In this document: positions 53,940 through 64,000 of the stretch, piece after piece
How the letters are laid out: every line of letters starts with the position of its first letter
Position numbering within the stretch: the first letter of the stretch is position 1
DNA from: an uncultured Bacteroidota bacterium
Lineage (GTDB): Bacteria > Bacteroidota > Bacteroidia > Bacteroidales > WCHB1-69
Assembly: GCA_902802755.1 (NCBI GenBank)
Contig: CADCNH010000001.1
Coordinates: forward strand, 262,202 to 326,201
Direction of reading: 5' to 3'
Length of the DNA: 64,000 nt
Translations under genes and position numbers: made by a program
Notes under the pieces: generated by a model
Databases searched by the model: none
What the model saw: only the letters and a program-made list of their open reading frames with translations
What the model was told of the DNA's origin: nothing

Positions 53940-54467
53940 TTACTTTGACGGCGATTCTGGTATATATGGCATTAAATGATAACGTTTCCCTTTTATCAAA
54001 TCCATTAAGAAACGATTGTCAATAGGTGCTGATGGATATACTATGTGATAATTGACAATCTCATCCATTATTTCCTGAAAATCTTTCGAGTACTCCATAA
54101 TTTTACCATTCAACTCTAAACAACCGACATCCAAAGTTTTATCTATCATGGAATGTGTCATGTTGACAACATCATAGTTATAGTCATCATATACTATAAC
54201 GACCTGAATCATTCCATACCATACCTTAGATTTACAACAAGATGATTCACATTTTGAAAAACCTCCAACCATGTTTGCCACATAACTGAAAAAGACAGAA
54301 TCATTGATACTAATCTTGTTCGTAGAGGGCATTATTCTTTGAGCAATATAGGTAGGTGAAACCACAACATAATTTGTAGGGTCATCCCAAAAAATCTCTA
54401 TTTTTTGTGCATTAGAGTATGAAGCTGCTGCAACCAATAAAAATACCACAAAAAGAAATTTTTTCAT
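53940..54467 (-). CDS. hypothetical secreted protein
   Basis: 175 aa with a signal peptide (MKKFLFVVFLLVAAASYSNAQ). AT-rich. No recognisable domain. Confidence 0.65.
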   Translation of the reverse strand: MKKFLFVVFLLVAAASYSNAQKIEIFWDDPTNYVVVSPTYIAQRIMPSTNKISINDSVFFSYVANMVGGFSKCESSCCKSKVWYGMIQVVIVYDDYNYDVVNMTHSMIDKTLDVGCLELNGKIMEYSKDFQEIMDEIVNYHIVYPSAPIDNRFLMDLIKGKRYHLMPYIPESPSK

Positions 54468-54474
54468 AATCTCA

Positions 54475-54741
54475 TTATTCTCTTTCCATATCTAATAATT
54501 CACTACAAATTCGCTCGATTTCATCTTCTAACACCTCACTTGGTTCCAATTCCATTTCTTCATAAGCAATTCTATTCAAGCAGTATATTAAATCCTTTTT
54601 GCTTCTTAGATTCGATTTGATTAATGGCACATAACCATCATATTCATGAATACTTATGGAAAAAGGAACATCCAATGGGTTCCACTGTACTAGAATTCTG
54701 TTAATTTTTTCGTCAAGGTTATTCATTGATACCATTATCAA
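54475..54741 (-). CDS. hypothetical small protein (DUF1871-like, tentative)
   Basis: 88 aa. It overlaps the ctp stop by 4 nt. AT-rich. Confidence 0.55.
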   Translation of the reverse strand: MIMVSMNNLDEKINRILVQWNPLDVPFSISIHEYDGYVPLIKSNLRSKKDLIYCLNRIAYEEMELEPSEVLEDEIERICSELLDMERE

Positions 54742-56360
54742 TTCTCATTAGTCAGTTCCACCGCCTTCAGGAAGGTCTTGTCGCTGCTATTGATGACAGG
54801 GTAGAAGGCTTCGTCTTGATAGATATCACGACCAATGAGAGCTTTGAGCCAGACTTTCAGTTCTTTGATGGATTCGTTGTTGAGGTCCTTCACCTTCAGT
54901 CCTGTCTTTTGCGTGTAGAAGTTCAGCAGTTGCTTCAGCAAGTCGTTGCTGACAGTCATTCCTTTCACATAACTTGCGGCGGTGGGATATTGCTTCAGCA
55001 CCTTCTCCTTGTTATCCGTAGCATAGTTGAAGGCAAACTGGATAATGGCCGATGAATTCAGCACTTGGTAATAGGCATTCAGCGTGCTGTCGTCATCCAA
55101 AGGGATAAAGTAATCGGGCATAATGCCACCGCCGCCATAAACCGTCCTACCATTCTTAGTTTTGAATTTCTGATTTTCATCGAATTTGATACTGTCCGAA
55201 TGGTTCATCTCGCCCCTATAATAACGGTCGATGAAATCCTCGTAATAGGCTTCGGTGCCGTTACCATATTCACGCTGGATACAACGGCCGCTGGGGGTGT
55301 GGTAACGGGCAACTGTCAATCTTATACTGGATTTGTCGGACAAATCTATCTGTCTTTGTACCAATCCTTTACCGAAAGAACGACGACCCACGACAACACC
55401 TCTGTCATTATCCTGGATGGCACCCGCCACAATCTCGCTGGCGGAAGCGCTGAAATCATCAATCAATACAACCACTTCGCCTTTTTCAAAGTTACCATAA
55501 CGGGTGGCATATATTTTGTCCGTTGGCACATGTAAACCTTCAGTATAGACAATCATTTCCCCTTTGGGCAAGAACTCGTCGCAAATCTGGATGGCGGCAT
55601 CTAAAAAACCTCCGGAATTGCTGCGCAAATCCAAAATCATTTTGCTCATGCCCTTCTTTTTCAGCTGGTCGATCGCATCGCTGAATTCGCGGGCAGTGGT
55701 GGCTCCAAACTGATTGATTTTGATGTAACCTGTCTGTGGATCAACCATATAAGCAATGTCAACAGTATAAGTGGGAATGACATCTCGAGTGACGATGTAA
55801 TCGGTAATCTGTGGGAATCCCTGACGCATGATGCCTATGGTGACATCCGTTTTCTTTTTGCCACGCAGCAGTTTCATCACCTCATCATTTTGTATGCCGA
55901 TGCCGGCCACATTCTTTCCATCTACCGTCACAATGCGGTCGCCGGCACGAATACCCTGCTTTTCGGAAGGGCCTCCGCTTACAGTTGAGATTACCATAAT
56001 GGTGTCGTTCATGATGCTGAACTGAATGCCCACCCCTTCAAATGCTCCCTCCAGTGACTCCATCATGGCCTTGTTATCCACTGCATTGGCGTAGGTAGAG
56101 TGGGGGTCCAACTCTTGCAGCATGGAAGTGATGGCTGTTTCAAACAATTGGTTAGTGTTTACAGTATCAACATAATAGCTGTTGATATATTTTACCACTT
56201 CATCCAACTTGTTGCTTTGCATGCTGCTCAAACCTTGCTTGCGACCTGGCACAAAATACAAGGCCACGGTCATTCCTACTAAAAAAGAAATGGCAATGGT
56301 GAAAAAATTCTTGATGCGGTTGCTTCCCGAAGTGCGTTCGTCTGTATAATTGTTTTCCAT
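54738..56360 (-). CDS. ctp: S41 C-terminal processing (tail-specific) peptidase
   Basis: 540 aa with a PDZ region (GDRIVTVDGK) and catalytic region DDFSASASEIVAGA. Confidence 0.9.
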   Translation of the reverse strand: MENNYTDERTSGSNRIKNFFTIAISFLVGMTVALYFVPGRKQGLSSMQSNKLDEVVKYINSYYVDTVNTNQLFETAITSMLQELDPHSTYANAVDNKAMMESLEGAFEGVGIQFSIMNDTIMVISTVSGGPSEKQGIRAGDRIVTVDGKNVAGIGIQNDEVMKLLRGKKKTDVTIGIMRQGFPQITDYIVTRDVIPTYTVDIAYMVDPQTGYIKINQFGATTAREFSDAIDQLKKKGMSKMILDLRSNSGGFLDAAIQICDEFLPKGEMIVYTEGLHVPTDKIYATRYGNFEKGEVVVLIDDFSASASEIVAGAIQDNDRGVVVGRRSFGKGLVQRQIDLSDKSSIRLTVARYHTPSGRCIQREYGNGTEAYYEDFIDRYYRGEMNHSDSIKFDENQKFKTKNGRTVYGGGGIMPDYFIPLDDDSTLNAYYQVLNSSAIIQFAFNYATDNKEKVLKQYPTAASYVKGMTVSNDLLKQLLNFYTQKTGLKVKDLNNESIKELKVWLKALIGRDIYQDEAFYPVINSSDKTFLKAVELTNEN

Positions 56361-56362
56361 GC

Positions 56363-57400
56363 TTATTTTCTTTGTCTTTTGATGGAGGATTGATGGAGAA
56401 GTTCTAAGAAGTTTTCAATAAAATTTTGATAATCAATATCTTGTAAAGAGTTCTGCTGATATGTTTGTACTACTTTGTTCCATTGTTCGGGTTGTACCAC
56501 CGGCAGGTTGTGCTCAGCTTTGATTTTGGCAATGGAATCCACAATCTCCATGCGTTTGCCCAATAAAACGCTGAGTTGGGTGTCGATATTATGAATTATT
56601 GTTCTTTGTTTTCGCAATTCATGTTCGGCGGGAGAAGTTATAGTATCCTTAAACTGAAGTTTGGACAGCATTTCCGTTAGGTCCGCTGGGGTTAACTGCT
56701 GTTCCGCATCGCTGAGTGCGGCGGAAGGCTGGTAGTGAGCCTCAATCATCAGGCCATCAAAACCATAGTCCAGCGCAAGCTGCGAAAGTTGTGCAATATA
56801 TTGGCGTTGACCGGCGATATGGGAGGGGTCGCAAAGCAGTGGAATCTGCGGGTAGCGCACTTTAAGGTCGATGGCCATTTCCCACGAGGGATTGTTGCGA
56901 TATACACTCTCGTTGCTGTCGGCACAACCCCGATGAACCGCCATCAGTTTGGTGATGCCGGCATTGAGAAATCTCTCGATATTGCCTATCCAGAGTTTCA
57001 GGTCGGCAACCATAGGGTTCTTGACCATGACAGTAAAATCACGATTTTTTGCGGCATCGGCAATGGCTTGCACATCGAAAGGATTTACCGAGGTGCGGGC
57101 TCCTATCCAACAGGCTTTAATATCGTATCTTTCACATAAATCCAATTGGTCTGGGGTGCCGACCTCAACACAAACAGGAATCCCGAATTGTTGCTGTAGT
57201 TCTTGTAGCCATGGCAAAGCCTCGGTGCCTATGCCCGAAAAATCGCCTGGTTTGCTGCGGGGTTTCCAAACTCCGGCACGGAAGAAATCGAGCGCAAGTC
57301 CTTTTGCCGACAAGGATTCCGTTAATCCTCGGGCAGTTTGAAACAATTGCTCTTTGCTTTCGGCAGCACAGGGGCCTGCTATGATAATGGCTTTCTGCAT
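56363..57400 (-). CDS. bifunctional DAHP synthase (type I-beta) / chorismate mutase (AroQ)
   Basis: 345 aa with N-terminal IIAGPCAAES and CDPSH. The C-terminal ~90 aa carries a chorismate mutase II pattern (LRKQRTIIHNIDTQLSVLLGKR). Confidence 0.85.
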   Translation of the reverse strand: MQKAIIIAGPCAAESKEQLFQTARGLTESLSAKGLALDFFRAGVWKPRSKPGDFSGIGTEALPWLQELQQQFGIPVCVEVGTPDQLDLCERYDIKACWIGARTSVNPFDVQAIADAAKNRDFTVMVKNPMVADLKLWIGNIERFLNAGITKLMAVHRGCADSNESVYRNNPSWEMAIDLKVRYPQIPLLCDPSHIAGQRQYIAQLSQLALDYGFDGLMIEAHYQPSAALSDAEQQLTPADLTEMLSKLQFKDTITSPAEHELRKQRTIIHNIDTQLSVLLGKRMEIVDSIAKIKAEHNLPVVQPEQWNKVVQTYQQNSLQDIDYQNFIENFLELLHQSSIKRQRK

Positions 57401-57406
57401 GGCTGG

Positions 57407-58360
57407 TTATTCAATAAAAGTCAGTGTGTTAAAAGCTAAAGGCAACATCTCTATCTCATATCTGCCTTGTGAAAGCAGTTCACCTTCGAGTTCACCCAAA
57501 ATGGAGGGTTCCGCACTAATGCTGAGCTTGTTGGTTCTATAGCACTGCACACCTTTGATTTTTTGGATGTGCTTCCCCGTGAATATATGTTTGATTTTGA
57601 GTAGCACCGTCAGTATGCCGACTTGTGGCAGGATAATCACGTCAAAAACCCCATCGTCAAAACTGGCGTCGGGAGCTTGTTTCATGCCGTCACCGTGATA
57701 CTTGCAGTTGGCGACCGCAAAAAGGAAAGGCTTTCCTTGATAGTGAAAATCTTTGGAATTGATAATGACAGGAATGGGTTTATGCTTGAACAGGGCAAGG
57801 AACACTCCCAGCATATACACGGAAATGTTGAGGAATTTAGGTTTAGTATAAATAGTTTCGTATATCACTTCGGCGGAAAAGCCGAAACTGTTGATATTGA
57901 TAAAATAACGCTGTTCGATTTCATTTTCTCCTTGAAAAACCTTGGTCAGCCCCACATCATGCTCAATAAAACGCCCTTTCAGAAACCCCTCTACTGCTTC
58001 CAGATAATCTGTAGGATAGTGGTGTGTGCGCGCCCAATCGTTGCCACGGCCGTGCGGGATCACCGCCAAAAACACTTCGTGCGTGTCAATACCCGAAGTG
58101 AAGATGCCATTGACAATTTCATTGATGGTACCGTCACCGCCAATCACCATCAGGTGTCGTTGTCCTTCCTGACACAATTTGCGGGCAAGGTCTATGCCGG
58201 AGTGGCTACCATTGGCCTGATGCAGTTCATAGCGTACATGATGCTCATCGAGTTTAGCCGCGATTTCGTTCCAATGCTCCAAACCCTTATGGTCTTGGGC
58301 ATTGGGGTTGAGGATGATTTGCCAGTTAAAATCAGCTACATTTATTGTATTCAGAGACAT
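57407..58360 (-). CDS. diacylglycerol/lipid kinase family protein (YegS/BmrU-like)
   Basis: 317 aa with VIGGDGTINE. Confidence 0.85.
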   Translation of the reverse strand: MSLNTINVADFNWQIILNPNAQDHKGLEHWNEIAAKLDEHHVRYELHQANGSHSGIDLARKLCQEGQRHLMVIGGDGTINEIVNGIFTSGIDTHEVFLAVIPHGRGNDWARTHHYPTDYLEAVEGFLKGRFIEHDVGLTKVFQGENEIEQRYFININSFGFSAEVIYETIYTKPKFLNISVYMLGVFLALFKHKPIPVIINSKDFHYQGKPFLFAVANCKYHGDGMKQAPDASFDDGVFDVIILPQVGILTVLLKIKHIFTGKHIQKIKGVQCYRTNKLSISAEPSILGELEGELLSQGRYEIEMLPLAFNTLTFIE

Positions 58361-58485
58361 AATCCAAAAATAATAACGGCAAAAATAAGAAAATTTCCGT
58401 GATTTGGGATAAAAATTTTTTTTGCCACACGGCTAAAGCAAGATTATTTCCGTGACTATTGGAATATGTTCTAAACTATATAGGA

Positions 58486-59313
58486 TTACCGTACTACAAA
58501 CTTCTTTGACACACCATTGTAAGTATAGATGTATGTTCCCTTCGCATAATCACTTACATTCAACTCAATTTTGTCAAAATCACTACCTACATTAAATGTC
58601 TCCAACAGTTGGCCACTCATGTTGAATACTCGCAGTTGCGTAGTTTCGCCTGATTGCAATGTATAAGGTAATGTAATAGTATTCCGGGAAGGATTGGGAT
58701 AAGGATTCAAAGAGCTACTTGGTTGAGTATATGTCACCATAGTGCTGGGATTGTAATTTCCGCCAAGGGAATAAATACAATAACCTTGAGTCCATGCTGC
58801 CATTCTTAATTGATTGCCAGCCTTATGAATATTCAAATAGTTAACATAATGTTGAAAATCAAATATCAACTCGCCATCTTCATTGATAATTATATAATCC
58901 GTACAATGGTGATAATAACCATATTCGTCTACTTCTTCAGCCCAAATACTTAATAGCATTTCTATTTTTTCATCAGGATTAATAATGTGACGACCCAAAA
59001 CAGCTTGAACCTGAAAATAAAACGATGTTGGAGTAAAAGTATTGTCTGCACAATTAAATAGTGGCGATAAAACAGATACTGGTATTATCTTCAAAAGGGA
59101 AAAATTGTTATCATATATTTTGATGCCATCTTCAAAAAGAACAACATAAGAATCCACAGGTTCATATATAGATTGGTGATCAGGAAAGGGATCTAACATA
59201 ATTCCATCCCCATAAAGACTTGGTTCACCATCAAATGTATGTAACAATTGAACCTGGGCTTGAGATGTCACACTCAAAATAAATACGAAAAAAGTAAAAG
59301 CAATTTTTTTCAT
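58486..59313 (-). CDS. T9SS type-A sorting-domain protein
   Basis: 275 aa with a signal peptide and a C-terminal Por-tail pattern (YPNPSRNTITLPY...GTYIYTYNG). Confidence 0.75.
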   Translation of the reverse strand: MKKIAFTFFVFILSVTSQAQVQLLHTFDGEPSLYGDGIMLDPFPDHQSIYEPVDSYVVLFEDGIKIYDNNFSLLKIIPVSVLSPLFNCADNTFTPTSFYFQVQAVLGRHIINPDEKIEMLLSIWAEEVDEYGYYHHCTDYIIINEDGELIFDFQHYVNYLNIHKAGNQLRMAAWTQGYCIYSLGGNYNPSTMVTYTQPSSSLNPYPNPSRNTITLPYTLQSGETTQLRVFNMSGQLLETFNVGSDFDKIELNVSDYAKGTYIYTYNGVSKKFVVR

Positions 59314-59729
59314 TGTTAAATCTAAATTATCGTGGTTAAATTACGTTTTATAGCTTGTTATTATTATCTTTAACACCTGAGTTTATCGTTCCCTCTTCTC
59401 AATCTGAGTTGTAATCCCAAGATTCTTCAACCTTGCAAAATTACAAAATAATCCAATATCTGCCATCATCCTTCTTTTACAATATAATATTGTTCGAACT
59501 ATAGGTAACTATGTGTCTCGCTGATTTTAGTTGTCACTTTTGTAACTTGCGACTGATTCTGGTTGACACTTGCACTAATGCCGCGTGCGAAAGCCATGCC
59601 GACGGGTTCTTCCATAGAAAGTCTGTATAAGGCGCTTCTCGCACATCACATGGGGGCACATCAGGTAGCATCTTGTAGGGCTGTCGTGTCACGGCAGCCT
59701 CAACAGATTCAACACACGGCAGCCTCGCT

Positions 59730-60605
59730 TTAAGAGTTTGCCCTACGATAAAGGATAAAGACATCCAAGTTGAACGCAATATCGCAAAAGGCCGAAACAT
59801 AGCCAAAATAATTCACCTGCTCATAAAAGGCATCGTTGGGCGTGAAACACTTGGACATGATGTTTGGTAAATAATGCGATAAGAAAAAGTGTATGGTGAT
59901 GATTATAATAATCGCTGTGATGGAGAGCTCCATCGTTTGTCTTTTATTCAGCATTAAGACAGCTCCTATAGTGATAAGCACAATCAGCAGACAGGTAATC
60001 ACCTCAACCAATATAGGAAAGTGGGCAAATTTCCAATATTCGCTGCCGAGCACATTAACCACGGAAAGGATGTACCCAAAGGTGATGGTAAACAGCATCC
60101 CCGCATAAAAGCTTCGTGAGTCGCTCGAAGAGATTTCAGGGTCAGTAGCTGCGTTATCCGAATCGTAGCGCCACCAAATGAAACCGACGGTAAGAAGCGT
60201 TGTGACCAGATTTACCCACATCCGTACGTTTTTCATCGTGTAGTTGGGGATATCCCATTTCATCTGACTGGCTGAGAAAGTGCTAAGGTCAATGAAACGA
60301 TAAAAGGTAAAAGAGGTCAAGAAATTTATCAGAACAATTGCCCCCACAAAGATTGCGAAATGTCCCCATTTGACATTGAACATCCTCGGCTTTCGGAACA
60401 GGAAGTAGAAGACCAGCAGGTACGCTACGGATTTCCCCACAACCACGGCTATCGGATGCAGCACAGCATCCAAAGCGAAGAATAAGGTGGGGGCAAATGA
60501 CGCCCAAGCGACATCAAACATCCAATAAAGGATAATTCCAAGCAGAAAATATTTGTAATCCAACGGTTTATCCATAGAAATATTCATCATTATAAGTATT
60601 TTCAA
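59730..60605 (-). CDS. hypothetical polytopic membrane protein
   Basis: 291 aa, ~8 hydrophobic segments, no recognised family. Confidence 0.6.
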   Translation of the reverse strand: MKILIMMNISMDKPLDYKYFLLGIILYWMFDVAWASFAPTLFFALDAVLHPIAVVVGKSVAYLLVFYFLFRKPRMFNVKWGHFAIFVGAIVLINFLTSFTFYRFIDLSTFSASQMKWDIPNYTMKNVRMWVNLVTTLLTVGFIWWRYDSDNAATDPEISSSDSRSFYAGMLFTITFGYILSVVNVLGSEYWKFAHFPILVEVITCLLIVLITIGAVLMLNKRQTMELSITAIIIIITIHFFLSHYLPNIMSKCFTPNDAFYEQVNYFGYVSAFCDIAFNLDVFILYRRANS

Positions 60606-60675
60606 CCCTACAAAAGTACAAAATATTCCAATACAAATACAGAAGCATTAATCCTATCTCCTGGCGTCATCTCCT

Positions 60676-61284
60676 TTATATTTTAAATCCAATCGGATTA
60701 CTTGGCATGTTTTTCTTCTCGCGCAATTGGTCCAGTGCATCATTGATGACCTCGATTTGCAAGGCAAATTCATTGTTAAATTGTTCCTGATGCTCGTTGA
60801 TGTCATTCTGATCATGGAGGATGTCTTCGACGTAAGCGTTCAGTTGGTCAAGCTTATGGGAGAGTTGCTCATAACGTAGTTCTGATGATTGCATAGCAGC
60901 AACAGCTTGTCTCACGGCGACAAATGCTCGCATGATGTTGATGTTAACCTGTATGGCGATTTTGCTTCGAAGTAGTCCTGATAGCATGGCAACTCCTTCC
61001 TCGGTGAATGCAAAGGGCAAGTATTTGCTATGTTGACCACGTCCTGTCTTTAAGATGCCATTTTGGCACCTTAAAGCGGTAAGTTCTTCAGTTGTCAGCT
61101 CAAACATGAAATCTTTTGGGAAATGGTCTAAATTGCGACGAACCTGACGTTTTAATTGAGCCACTTCTACCTCATACATTGTTGCCAAGTCGTAGTCCAG
61201 CATCACTTTAACACCCCTAATGTCGTAGATTATATTTTGGATTGAATAAAAAAAGGCCACCTTGCGGCAGCCTTTTTTCAACAT
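60676..61284 (-). CDS. ORF6N (KilA-N-like) domain protein, full length
   Basis: 202 aa with IIYDIRGVKVMLDYDLA, FPKDFMFELT and GRGQHSKYLPFAFTEEGVAMLS, plus a coiled-coil tail. Confidence 0.8.
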   Translation of the reverse strand: MLKKGCRKVAFFYSIQNIIYDIRGVKVMLDYDLATMYEVEVAQLKRQVRRNLDHFPKDFMFELTTEELTALRCQNGILKTGRGQHSKYLPFAFTEEGVAMLSGLLRSKIAIQVNINIMRAFVAVRQAVAAMQSSELRYEQLSHKLDQLNAYVEDILHDQNDINEHQEQFNNEFALQIEVINDALDQLREKKNMPSNPIGFKI

Positions 61285-61297
61285 ATTGGGGTTGATG

Positions 61298-62944
61298 TTA
61301 TTTAGCGACTCTTTCCAGCCATTTCACCATACCGAGCATCACACCCATGGAGATCAAGCAAACTCCCATGAATACTGCCCAGCATTGCCAGATAGGCCAT
61401 TTGTTGTACATCAAAGGTCCAATCCACAACAAACCGTTACCAACAGCGGTGGCGCCTAACCACAGACCTTGGCAGAGACCGAGGAGGTGCTTCGGAGCGA
61501 CCTTGGAAACGAAAGAAAGTCCCAGCGGGGAAATGAACAATTCGGCTACAGTCATGAAGAAATAATAGATAATCAGGATCCACCAGCCGGCTTTTTCAGC
61601 TTCGGTACCGGTAGTTCTGAATTCTTCAGCTGAAGGATATCCGCATGATGCGCTGAAGATGGTCATAATCAGATAAGCGGTGGCGGCAATTCCCATACCC
61701 ATGGCAATTTTACGCGGAGTGGAAATGTCTTTGCCTCTGCGGGCCAATGCGCCGAATGCTATCAGGATGAGAGGTGTCAGCACAATCACAAAGAACGGGT
61801 TGACAGCCTGCCAGATTTCGGGAGCGATAGCGGAAGTATCCACAAAGTCACGGGCGAACAACGACATGGAGGTACCATTCTGGTGGAAGGAGAACCAGAA
61901 GAATACGGCGATACCTAACACTGCGAACAAAGCATAAAGTCTCTGCTTGATTTCGGTAGCCATAGCTCTCTTTTCTTCTTCAGTATAGTCAACAGAAGTA
62001 ACAGCGGCTTTCTTTTCAGGATTGGGTAATTTGTTTTTCTTCACCAAGAATATAGTCAGAGAAATCAACATGGCAATAACAGAGGCGATGAAGGAGAAGT
62101 GAACACCCGAGTTGAACACGTTGAGGTAATCCTGGCAGAAGGTAGTGAGGTTATCAACACCGACGGTGGAGGCAGTGGCGATCATATCGTTCATCTTGGC
62201 CAAAGCGTCAGCACCCATGGCTTCGCCTTGCTCGATGTACTGGTGGCACAATGCGGGAAGATTGGCGTTGAAGTTCATGTTGTGGATGTTCAACCACCAT
62301 TGTCTGATCAATGGGGCAACGAAAGGAGCAACCAAACCACCCACGTTGATGAATACGTAGAAAATCTGGAAACCAGGATCACGTTTGCTCTTGGCGATAC
62401 GGAGTTCTTCCTCGCCCTTCTTGGCGGCTTCAGCTTCGAAATTGTCGTACAGCTGACCTACCAAAGCTTGCAGGTTCCCTTTGAAAAGACCGTTACCGAA
62501 GGCGATGAGCAACAAGGCAAAGCAGGTCAGAGGCAGCAACCAGGTGATGGTGCTGGCGGTTGACATGATGGGAATAGCCAGAATGACATAACCCATAGCC
62601 ATCACGAACAAACCAGTCATGATGGTGCCTTTGTAGTTTTGTTTTCTGTCGGCAATGATACCACCTACCAGACTCAAAATGTAAATACCCATGTAGAAAA
62701 CGGAGTAAATCAGTGTGGCTTGGGTGTCTTTCAAACCGAATTTGGAGCAGAGGAACAACACCAGAACAGCGTTCATGATGTAGTAGCCGAAACGTTCACC
62801 CATGTTGCTGAGAGCGGCGGCAATCAGCCCTTTCGGGTGTTCCCTCTTAGCTGTGATGACATAGTAAATCACAAAAGGTGTGATTACTATCAAGCTGAGT
62901 ATCAAGAGAGATACAGTCAGATGACTTTTGATAAATTCAAACAT
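61298..62944 (-). CDS. POT/PTR2 family proton-dependent oligopeptide transporter
   Basis: 548 aa with GERFGYYIMNAVLVLF and an MFS topology. Confidence 0.9.
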   Translation of the reverse strand: MFEFIKSHLTVSLLILSLIVITPFVIYYVITAKREHPKGLIAAALSNMGERFGYYIMNAVLVLFLCSKFGLKDTQATLIYSVFYMGIYILSLVGGIIADRKQNYKGTIMTGLFVMAMGYVILAIPIMSTASTITWLLPLTCFALLLIAFGNGLFKGNLQALVGQLYDNFEAEAAKKGEEELRIAKSKRDPGFQIFYVFINVGGLVAPFVAPLIRQWWLNIHNMNFNANLPALCHQYIEQGEAMGADALAKMNDMIATASTVGVDNLTTFCQDYLNVFNSGVHFSFIASVIAMLISLTIFLVKKNKLPNPEKKAAVTSVDYTEEEKRAMATEIKQRLYALFAVLGIAVFFWFSFHQNGTSMSLFARDFVDTSAIAPEIWQAVNPFFVIVLTPLILIAFGALARRGKDISTPRKIAMGMGIAATAYLIMTIFSASCGYPSAEEFRTTGTEAEKAGWWILIIYYFFMTVAELFISPLGLSFVSKVAPKHLLGLCQGLWLGATAVGNGLLWIGPLMYNKWPIWQCWAVFMGVCLISMGVMLGMVKWLERVAK

Positions 62945-62984
62945 AGTTTTATGATTTTAGTGAATAATAAATTTGTCTCGATGA

Positions 62985-63299
62985 TTAGAGCAGAGAATCG
63001 ATTTTGGCGGTGAGCTCGCTCTTCTTGATGGTGCCCACATGCACATCTTTTACTTCGCCGTTCTTGAGGAACACGAGCATGGGGATGTTGCGCACGCCGA
63101 ACTGCATGGCGAGCTCGCCTTCTGCGTCGGTGTCGCATTTGCCGATAACGGCCTTGCCTTCATATTCGGCAGCCACCTCTTCGATGGTCGGACCCAAAGC
63201 TCTGCACGGACCGCACCAGGGTGCCCAGAAATCAATAACCACTAACTTGTCGCCCTTGGCGATAGTTTCAAAATTTTCGGATGTAATTGCTAATGCCAT
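62985..63299 (-). CDS. trxA: thioredoxin
   Basis: 104 aa with WAPWCGPC. Confidence 0.95.
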   Translation of the reverse strand: MALAITSENFETIAKGDKLVVIDFWAPWCGPCRALGPTIEEVAAEYEGKAVIGKCDTDAEGELAMQFGVRNIPMLVFLKNGEVKDVHVGTIKKSELTAKIDSLL

Positions 63300-63348
63300 A
63301 CTTATAAAATTTAATGTTATGTATTATTTGAATGGGTTAGAATCAATT

Positions 63349-64000
63349 TTAGATCTCCACTGCCTCTTTCAGTCTCTCGGCGTTTTCGGCCACCTGCAAC
63401 GCCTCAATGGTCTCCTGGATGTCACCGTCCATAAAGCCCGTAAGGTTATACATGGTAAGGTTGATACGATGGTCAGTCACACGGTTCTGCGGGTAGTTGT
63501 AAGTACGGATTTTGGCGGAACGGTCACCCGTTGACACCATGGTCTTACGTTTGGAGGCTACCTCATCGAGGTATTTCTTGTACTCGCGCTCAAACAGACG
63601 GGTTCTCAGCACGCTCATGGCCTTGTCAAGGTTCTTCAGCTGTGATTTCTCGTCCTGGATGGCCACCACAATACCCGTGGGAATGTGGGTCAGACGAACA
63701 GCCGAATAGGTCGTGTTCACCGACTGGCCGCCAGGTCCTGAAGAGCAGTAGGTATCTTTGCGGATATCGCTCATCTTCAGTTCCACATCAAACTCATCGG
63801 CTTCGGGTAGCACCACCACTGAAGCGGCGGAAGTATGCACACGGCCCTGGGCCTCGGTTTGCGGCACACGCTGCACACGGTGCACACCCGACTCGTATTT
63901 CATCAGGCCATAGACGCCCTCACCGCTGATGGTGAACACGATTTCCTTGAAACCGCCTACGGTACCTTCGGTCATGGACACCACATCGTATTTCCAGCCT
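63349..64000 (-). CDS. prfA: peptide chain release factor 1 (N-terminus beyond window end)
   Basis: GGQ motif [11 protein letters not shown] and an RF1-type PxT region ([14 protein letters not shown]). The reading frame is open to the window edge. Confidence 0.9.
   Translation of the reverse strand, partial: GWKYDVVSMTEGTVGGFKEIVFTISGEGVYGLMKYESGVHRVQRVPQTEAQGRVHTSAASVVVLPEADEFDVELKMSDIRKDTYCSSGPGGQSVNTTYSAVRLTHIPTGIVVAIQDEKSQLKNLDKAMSVLRTRLFEREYKKYLDEVASKRKTMVSTGDRSAKIRTYNYPQNRVTDHRINLTMYNLTGFMDGDIQETIEALQVAENAERLKEAVEI

Noticed and set aside
57623-58402. 259-aa ORF on the plus strand
   Set aside because: It is antisense to the lipid-kinase gene, which has clear motifs (GGDGTINE). It is a shadow ORF.

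Overview
The window looks like a Bacteroidota (Bacteroidales-like) chromosomal segment. This rests on repeated TAnnTTTG -7 promoter boxes, T9SS sorting domains and MurF-Alr and DAHPS-chorismate mutase fusions. Most of it is housekeeping: cell wall (murF-alr, mreB), folA, gmk, an alkaline phosphatase, a peptide-catabolism set (DPP-IV, an S46 dipeptidyl peptidase, a POT transporter, an aminotransferase, pruA), a split chrA pair, SOD, a GH20 hexosaminidase, nhaC, xerD, kdsC, ctp, trxA and prfA (cut by the window end). At 25.7-32.5 kb there is a trimeric electron-bifurcating-type [FeFe] hydrogenase (hydB-hydA-hydC plus a ferredoxin-like gene), preceded by a three-gene putative H2-sensing module. 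The main accessory feature is an AT-rich island at about 36.1-46.5 kb. It lies between a displaced, diverged 3' copy of hydC (with its terminator) and nhaC. It encodes a T5orf172/GIY-YIG-like protein, a BrxR-like WYL regulator, a 1472-aa protein, a receiver-domain protein with an unassigned effector-like C-terminus, an unknown 340-aa protein and an NYN-domain protein. The 1472-aa protein combines three tandem methyltransferase-like modules (two clearly degenerate), an HsdS-type target-recognition domain and a histidine-kinase transmitter. I read the WYL, giant kinase and receiver genes as a candidate undescribed DNA-sensing two-component defence system. Other points of interest are an archaeal-type GatD/GatE pair, tandem Cys-rich mini-lipoprotein cassettes, several families of intergenic 7-mer and 8-mer tandem word arrays and REP-like hairpins, and two hairpin-dense non-coding blocks. 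No rRNA, tRNA, CRISPR array, transposase or integrase (other than housekeeping-type xerD) was recognised. All calls come from reading the sequence and translations by eye; no database search was run.
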